DNA of 64,000 bases. Source: an uncultured Gemmatimonadales bacterium (lineage in GTDB: Bacteria > Gemmatimonadota > Gemmatimonadetes > Longimicrobiales > RSA9). Position 1 is the first letter of the stretch. Every line of letters begins with the position of its first letter. Where the stretch lies: the NCBI GenBank assembly GCA_963798845.1, contig CAWCUS010000006.1, positions 416,001 through 480,000 of the forward strand, written 5' to 3'. The position numbers were made by a program, and so were the translations under genes. The notes beneath the pieces were generated by a model. It saw only the letters and a program-made list of their open reading frames with translations, was not told the DNA's origin and ran no database searches. This document shows positions 58,531 to 64,000 of the stretch, piece by piece.

Positions 58531-58683
58531 ATGGGCAAGCCCACATACAACCCGCGCAACCGGAAGCGCAAGAACAAGCACGGCTTCCTCAAGCGCATGA
58601 GCACCAGAGGTGGGCGGAAGACGCTCAACCGGCGGCGCAGCCGCGGGCGGAAGCGTCTCACGGTCCGGATCGGCGGCAAGTAG
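58531..58683 (+). CDS. rpmH: 50S ribosomal protein L34
   Basis: [43 protein letters not shown]. Confidence 0.95.
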   Translation: MGKPTYNPRNRKRKNKHGFLKRMSTRGGRKTLNRRRSRGRKRLTVRIGGK

Positions 58684-58694
58684 GCGAGGGGCGG

Positions 58695-59084
58695 ATGGCG
58701 GCTCCGCGCGAGGAGCGCGGCCGTCGTCTGCCGCGGGCGCGACGGATCACGCGAGGGTCGGAGATCCGGGCGCTGTTCAAGCGGGGGATGAGGAGCCGGA
58801 CGCCACACCTGGACGTTCTGGTTTCCGACTCCCCCTCTTCATTTTCCCGGGCGGGCATGGTGGTACCGAAGTACGGCAACACGGCCGTCGCGCGCAATCG
58901 GGTGAAGCGCCGCATGCGGGAGATCCTCCGTACGGAGGTCCTGCCGCGCCTGGATGACGCGGGAGCCGCGGTGGACGTGCTGCTGAGGGCGAGACGGGAG
59001 GCGTACGGAGCCAGCTTCCGCGACCTCGCTCGGGAGCTCGAGGAGTGGGGGGAGGCCCGATGGCCCGGCTCTTCCTCGCGCTGA
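58695..59084 (+). CDS. rnpA: Ribonuclease P protein component
   Basis: [18 protein letters not shown]; between rpmH and yidD. Confidence 0.92.
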   Translation: MAAPREERGRRLPRARRITRGSEIRALFKRGMRSRTPHLDVLVSDSPSSFSRAGMVVPKYGNTAVARNRVKRRMREILRTEVLPRLDDAGAAVDVLLRARREAYGASFRDLARELEEWGEARWPGSSSR

Positions 59085-59317
59085 TCCGGTTCTATCGGCG
59101 GGCGATCTCGCCCATGACGCCGCCGTCGTGCCGGTTCACACCGACGTGCTCGGCCTATGCCGAGGAAGCGATCCGGACGCACGGCGCGGGTCGCGGTGGC
59201 TGGCTGGCGCTGCGGCGCCTGCTGCGCTGCCATCCGCTCGGACCCAGCGGCTATGATCCGGTGCCGCGTGTGAAGCGGCACCATCACGAAGACAACGATC
59301 TACCAATGAACGGCTGA
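59060..59317 (+). CDS. yidD: Membrane protein insertion efficiency factor
   Basis: [23 protein letters not shown]. Confidence 0.93.
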   Translation: MARLFLALIRFYRRAISPMTPPSCRFTPTCSAYAEEAIRTHGAGRGGWLALRRLLRCHPLGPSGYDPVPRVKRHHHEDNDLPMNG

Positions 59318-61047
59318 TGGAAGGCCCAAGATTCCTGCTGGCGATCGTCCTCTCGATCGCAGTAGTGCTGCTCGTCAACGTGCTCTTCCCACCGAGCCGT
59401 CCCGAACCCGGGGCGGCGTCGGACAGCACGCTCGTCGACACCCTGGCCGGCGCTCCGCCCCCGACGCTCGACACGGCGCAACCGCCGGGCGGGCCCGCCG
59501 GCGGCAACGCCGGGGCGGCCCTCACCTCTCCCGGCGTGATACCCTCCGCCGATACCGGCGCTGCGGCGGCCGTGGCGGGAGCAGCGGCGGCCACTTCCGC
59601 TCCCGACGGTGACACGGTCTGGGTCCAGAACGACGTGGCCCGTTACGGCATCGCCACGCGCGGCGGAGCCCTGGTGTCGGTCGAGCTGCTGAACTGGGCG
59701 TCCGACACGCGCCCGGGCCCCGTGCAGCTGGTGGAGCCCACCGAGCCGGACCTGCTCGACTTCTCCCTGCGCGTCGGCGACCGCGTGTTTCCGTTCGACC
59801 GCGTGGTCTTCCAACCGTCCCTTCCAACGGGCGACACCCTCCCTTCCGACACCGCGGCGCCCCTCCGCCTCACGGCCACCGTGAACGGCGCCACGATCGA
59901 GCTCGTCTACACGTTCTCCGAAGAGCGCTACCTGGTCGGACTCCAGGGCAAGGTGGAAGGGGCGGGCGGTGACGCCACGCTGCTGGTCGGGCTCGGACCG
60001 CGGCTCGCCATCAACGAGGCCGATTCCGCCCAGGACCTCCGGAACATGTCCTACGTGGTCAATTCCAGGGAGCGGGGCATCGAGAGCGTTCGGGTCGAGA
60101 AGGTGCAGCAGAACCGGGTGGAAGAAGGGCCCCTCACCTGGGTCGCCCTGCGGAACAAGTACTTCCTGGCCGCCGTGATCCACCCGCAGGGCAGCACGGC
60201 CGCGTTCGGCGGGGTGCTGGCCGAGGGGGGACCCCAGGGTGTGAGGACGCTGCAGGCGACGCTCCCGCTGGATCGGGGCGGCGCCTTCGACTTACGGCTT
60301 TTCTTCGGTCCCCAGGAGTACGGCCGCCTGTCGGCGCTCGGGGAGGGGCTGGAGGACGTCAACCCGTACGGCTGGCGGGTATTCCGGCCGATCATCCGTC
60401 CGGTGGCGCACATCGTCCTCTGGCTTCTGACGGCGCTGCACAACGTGCTGGGGATCGGGTATGGCTGGGTGCTGATCCTGTTCGGGATCGGCATACGAGT
60501 GCTGCTGTGGCCGCTGAACGCCCGTGCCATGCGGTCGCAGCTGAAGACCATGGAGCTGCAGCCGCGGATCAAGGAGATCCAGGCGAAGTACAAGGAAAAG
60601 CCGGAGCTGCTGCAGAAGGAGATGACGCGGCTCTATCGGGAGGAAGGATTCAATCCCCTGGGGGGATGCCTGCCGATGCTGCTGCCGTGGCCCATCCTGA
60701 TCACCCTGTTCTTCGTGTTCCAGAACACGATCGAGTTCCGGGGCGTCGGGTTCCTGTGGCTGCCGGACCTGTCCCAGGCGGACCCGCTCTACATCCTGCC
60801 CATCCTCATGGGTGTGTCGCTGTTCGCCCTTCAGTACATGAACATGCGGGCCGCGCCCCAGGACAACCCGCAGCAGAAGATGATGATGTACTTCATGCCG
60901 GTGATGATGACCGTCCTCTTCCTGCGCTTCGCTTCGGGGCTCAATCTGTACTATGCGGCTTCGAACATCGCGTCGCTGCCGCAGCAGATCCAGATCATCG
61001 GGGAGCGCAAGCGGGCGCGCTCGAGGATGGCTGCGAAGAAGGAGTAG
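59317..61047 (+). CDS. yidC: Membrane protein insertase YidC
   Basis: GYGWVLIL, LQPRIKEIQAKYK, NPLGGCLPML, DLSQADP, GLNLYY. Confidence 0.95.
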   Translation: MEGPRFLLAIVLSIAVVLLVNVLFPPSRPEPGAASDSTLVDTLAGAPPPTLDTAQPPGGPAGGNAGAALTSPGVIPSADTGAAAAVAGAAAATSAPDGDTVWVQNDVARYGIATRGGALVSVELLNWASDTRPGPVQLVEPTEPDLLDFSLRVGDRVFPFDRVVFQPSLPTGDTLPSDTAAPLRLTATVNGATIELVYTFSEERYLVGLQGKVEGAGGDATLLVGLGPRLAINEADSAQDLRNMSYVVNSRERGIESVRVEKVQQNRVEEGPLTWVALRNKYFLAAVIHPQGSTAAFGGVLAEGGPQGVRTLQATLPLDRGGAFDLRLFFGPQEYGRLSALGEGLEDVNPYGWRVFRPIIRPVAHIVLWLLTALHNVLGIGYGWVLILFGIGIRVLLWPLNARAMRSQLKTMELQPRIKEIQAKYKEKPELLQKEMTRLYREEGFNPLGGCLPMLLPWPILITLFFVFQNTIEFRGVGFLWLPDLSQADPLYILPILMGVSLFALQYMNMRAAPQDNPQQKMMMYFMPVMMTVLFLRFASGLNLYYAASNIASLPQQIQIIGERKRARSRMAAKKE

Positions 61048-61069
61048 GGCGGCGCCAGACGGGCGGCGC

Positions 61070-61357
61070 TCAGTGCACGATCTCGAACCCGGCCGGGAGC
61101 TCCTCGCGGCCGGGTTCGGTGTCTTCCACGCTCTGCACGCGTGCGCCGGGCGGGCCCTCGCGGAGTGCCCGCGCGAGCCGGTCCAGGCTGTCGGGATCTC
61201 CTGCCGCGCGGATCTCCACGGTGCCATCGCGGGCGTTCCTGACCGAGCCGCGGAGGCCGAGGTCCAGGGCGGTGTGCCGGGTCCACCACCGGAAACCGAC
61301 GCCCTGCACGCGCCCGCGCACCACCCAGGCCCGCCGCGTCGCGGCTCCGTCGTTCAT
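61070..61357 (-). CDS. acyP: Acylphosphatase
   Basis: GRVQGVGFR, GSVRNARDGTVE, GPPGARV. Confidence 0.9.
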   Translation of the reverse strand: MNDGAATRRAWVVRGRVQGVGFRWWTRHTALDLGLRGSVRNARDGTVEIRAAGDPDSLDRLARALREGPPGARVQSVEDTEPGREELPAGFEIVH

Positions 61358-63090
61358 CCGCTTCCTCCCGCCGGCGCGTCGCGGGCCTCCCCGGTCTCGA
61401 ATCGCCGCAGGCGGTTCAGTGCCGCGCCGAGCTCGAAGACACGAAACTCCGCGAGCTCTCCGAGCTCGTGGGGGTGGAGCGCGACGACCCCCCGTCGCTG
61501 CATCCGGCGGATGATGCAGTCGAGCGCTTCGGGCATCGAGCGGCGCCCGTCGATCCATTCATCCCGAGCCATGGCCAGAGCATGCGCGATGGCCCGCGTC
61601 TGCGCCACTTCCACGAGCTGCTCGACCGCGCCGAGATCGAGGGCGTCTCGGCCGAAATCGACACGGTCACGCGATCGCACACGAATGGAGACCTCGCGTC
61701 GCCCGCGGGAAGGGTCCACCGAGGCGGGGAGCGGGACGCGGCGCCGCACTGCGTGCCAGCCCTCGGCCTCCGCCCGCCGCTCGGTCGGCAGCCGCCGGGC
61801 TACCTCGCGCGCCCGCGCGGTCACTTCCTCCGGCCGGTAGCGCTTCATGGAGATCACCGTGTCTGCGACGTCGAAATAGTCGCCAGATCCACCGACGACC
61901 ACGATCGTCGACACGCCGCGCTCCCCGTGCAGGGCGCGCACCCGGTCGATGAACGGTGTGATCGGCTCGTCCTCCGCGGCGACCAGGCGCTGCATGCGCG
62001 CGTCGCGGATCATGAAGTTGGTGGCCGACGTGTCCTCGTCGAGGAGCAGCGCGCTCGCGCCCAGCTCCAGCGCCTCGACGATCGCCGCGGCCTGCGAGGT
62101 CGAGCCGCTGGCGTTCTCCGTCCGGAAGCGCGTGGTATCCTCGCCCCCCGGAAGACGGCTTATGAAGTTGGAAATGTCCGTTCCCGCCACGGCGCGGCCA
62201 TCTTCTGCCCGGACCTTCACGGCCGCCGGGTGGGTGACCACGCGCTCCCGACCATCGCCGGGGACGTGGTCGTAGACCCCGCGCTCGAGCGCCCGCAGAA
62301 GCGTGGACTTCCCGTGGTATCCCCCGCCCACGATCAGCGTCACGCCCGCGGGAACCCCCATGCCCCGGATGAAGCCCCCGTTGGGCGTGAGAATCTCCAC
62401 GCGCAGCGCTTCCGGGCCCTTGAACGGCACCACGGCCGCACCCGTAAGGGGCCGGTCGTCGACTCCGGAGCGGCGAGGCAGAACGGCGCCATCGGCCACG
62501 AAAGCCACGAGTCCGTGAACGGGGAGCGCAGCGCGCAGCGCAACGGCGTCCTCGACGGTCTCGAGGTGCCGTCGGAGCGCGGATTCGTCGAGCGCATGGA
62601 AGAACAGGGCGGATCTCAGGCTCTCTGTCGTGGACCGTACGAGTTCCGCGGCCGCGCGCCCGAGCACGCGGCGACCGCGCGCGGGCAGGCCCACGCGGAA
62701 GCGCGCGACCAGCCCGCCTTCCGGGTCCATCGTGGTGCTGGCCCGTTCCAGGATCTCCTGTCCGGGCACGAGTATCGAGAGCTGGCCCGATTTCCCCGAC
62801 CCCGCCGGGCTGCTGGCGTCGTCGAGCGCCTGCGCGAGGCGCCGGTTCACGAAATCGGCCGCGGCGCGCCTTCGTGCGGCGCTTGCGCGGACCCAGTCGG
62901 GGAATCCGGCGTGCGCGGGCGCGACGACGGCGCGGAAGCGGCTGAGGTCGGCGAACGGATCGCCCTGGACGTGGTCGACGTGGAGGGTCATCGTGCCGGC
63001 GTCGTACGTCCCGCGGATCTCCCTGTAGGCCTTGTAGCCGCGTCCATCGAGCTGGAGGAGGAGCGAGTGCAGCTCGGACAGGTCCTTCAT
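61354..63090 (-). CDS. ABC-class P-loop ATPase domain protein (ABC_ATPase family)
   Basis: DHVQGDPFA, GGGYHGKSTLL, NASGSTSQAA, DEDTSATNFMIRD. Confidence 0.88.
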   Translation of the reverse strand: MKDLSELHSLLLQLDGRGYKAYREIRGTYDAGTMTLHVDHVQGDPFADLSRFRAVVAPAHAGFPDWVRASAARRRAAADFVNRRLAQALDDASSPAGSGKSGQLSILVPGQEILERASTTMDPEGGLVARFRVGLPARGRRVLGRAAAELVRSTTESLRSALFFHALDESALRRHLETVEDAVALRAALPVHGLVAFVADGAVLPRRSGVDDRPLTGAAVVPFKGPEALRVEILTPNGGFIRGMGVPAGVTLIVGGGYHGKSTLLRALERGVYDHVPGDGRERVVTHPAAVKVRAEDGRAVAGTDISNFISRLPGGEDTTRFRTENASGSTSQAAAIVEALELGASALLLDEDTSATNFMIRDARMQRLVAAEDEPITPFIDRVRALHGERGVSTIVVVGGSGDYFDVADTVISMKRYRPEEVTARAREVARRLPTERRAEAEGWHAVRRRVPLPASVDPSRGRREVSIRVRSRDRVDFGRDALDLGAVEQLVEVAQTRAIAHALAMARDEWIDGRRSMPEALDCIIRRMQRRGVVALHPHELGELAEFRVFELGAALNRLRRFETGEARDAPAGGSG

Positions 63091-63106
63091 CGGCTCCGGG
63101 GTCCTG

Positions 63107-63122
63107 TGTTCCACGTGAAACA
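63107..63122. promoter_or_regulatory. parS site
   Basis: TGTTCCACGTGAAACA. Confidence 0.9.
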
Positions 63123-63160
63123 TCGCGCCTCCCCGCCGATGCAGGTTCCGGTCCGGCGGA

Positions 63161-63176
63161 TGTTCCACGTGGAACG
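63161..63176. promoter_or_regulatory. parS site
   Basis: TGTTCCACGTGGAACG. Confidence 0.8.
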
Positions 63177-63288
63177 CGGCCTCCATGGCGGGCCGCCACA
63201 GTGGCGCCGCGGGGAAGAGGCTCTCCGGTCCCGCCGGCGAGCGGCACGCCGGCACGATCCCGCGCGCGCGGCGCCCGATCGTCGAGGT

Positions 63289-63326
63289 GAGCCGCTGCGC
63301 GTGCGCCGAGCCGCTGCGCGTGCGCC
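63289..63326. repeat. 19-bp tandem duplication
   Basis: GAGCCGCTGCGCGTGCGCC x2. Confidence 0.75.
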
Positions 63327-63442
63327 GCCCCGCGCTCGAGGGCGCGCGAAGAAGGGCAAACCGGGAGGTGCGGCTTTTGCCGCGCGCCGGCGAGGCCTAT
63401 ATTCAGGGCTGCCAATTCAACTCCCAGCGAGCAACGGGCTGC

Positions 63443-64000
63443 ATGTCACGGATCATCGCCATCGCGAACCAGAAGGGCGGTGTAGGGAAGACGACGACCG
63501 CGATCAACCTCGGTGCGTGCCTGGCCGTGGCGGAGAAGCAGACGCTGATCGTCGACATAGATCCGCAGGGGAACGCGACGAGTGGACTCGGAATCCAGCG
63601 CGGTGAGGTGGAGCGCTCCGTGTACGACGTGCTGGTGGAAGGGACGGAAATCCGGGCGGCCGCGCAGGAGGAAGTCCATTTCCCCTACCTGGACGTGGTC
63701 CCGTCGACGCGGGACCTGGTGGGTGCGGAAGTGGAGCTGGTGAACGAGCCGGACCGCGAGCTGGTTCTGCGACGGGCGCTTCAGGCGGTGCAAAAGGAGT
63801 ACGACTATATCCTGGTGGACTGTCCTCCGTCCCTTGGGCTTCTGACGCTGAACACGTTGGCGGCGGCGGACTCGGTTCTGATCCCGATCCAGTGCGAGTT
63901 TTACGCGCTGGAAGGGCTGTCGCAGCTCCTGAACACGGTCCGGCTCGTGCAGCGCAACCTCAACCCGCGCCTCGAGATAGACGGCGTGCTGCTGACGATG
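63443..64000 (+). CDS. parA: Chromosome partitioning ATPase ParA/Soj (partial)
   Basis: [48 protein letters not shown]. Confidence 0.95.
   Translation, partial: MSRIIAIANQKGGVGKTTTAINLGACLAVAEKQTLIVDIDPQGNATSGLGIQRGEVERSVYDVLVEGTEIRAAAQEEVHFPYLDVVPSTRDLVGAEVELVNEPDRELVLRRALQAVQKEYDYILVDCPPSLGLLTLNTLAAADSVLIPIQCEFYALEGLSQLLNTVRLVQRNLNPRLEIDGVLLTM

Noticed and set aside
63353..63385. c-di-GMP-I riboswitch (GGCAAACC) upstream of parA
   Set aside because: It lacks the GNRA-capped P2 and the downstream GCAAAG/P3 elements; it is only a short hairpin.

Overview
High-GC bacterial chromosome segment, probably Gemmatimonadota (inferred from protein style, e.g. Rpm[11 protein letters not shown]), spanning the replication origin. 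Right part (35.7-64 kb) is mostly housekeeping: uppP, thioredoxin-like protein, M1/S9/M23 peptidases, dsbD, VIT-VWA/ECF sigma/anti-sigma, dinB, fhs, USP, pyrE, PPIase, dnaN-oriC-dnaA, rpmH-rnpA-yidD-yidC, acyP, ABC-class ATPase, two parS sites and parA. Left part is accessory. It starts with an MTase-tail/PLD-like/SNF2-helicase cluster and tRNA-Asn. A ~25 kb headless contractile-tail operon follows (eCIS/tailocin-like: sheath, tube, hub, spike, PAAR, gp25, baseplate J, fibres), with no capsid, lysis or T6SS membrane genes in the window. The operon has a Fur-box-like operator over its putative promoter and a stand-alone Afp15-like ATPase facing it. It ends in a 2069-aa protein with a miniature RHS shell and a ~1680-aa C-terminal cargo whose DUF4157-like zincin motifs are separated by large beta-repeat insertions. 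A CHAT protease and an unknown partner gene lie just upstream. At least four frameshifts look like assembly indels. All calls come from reading motifs by eye; no searches were run.
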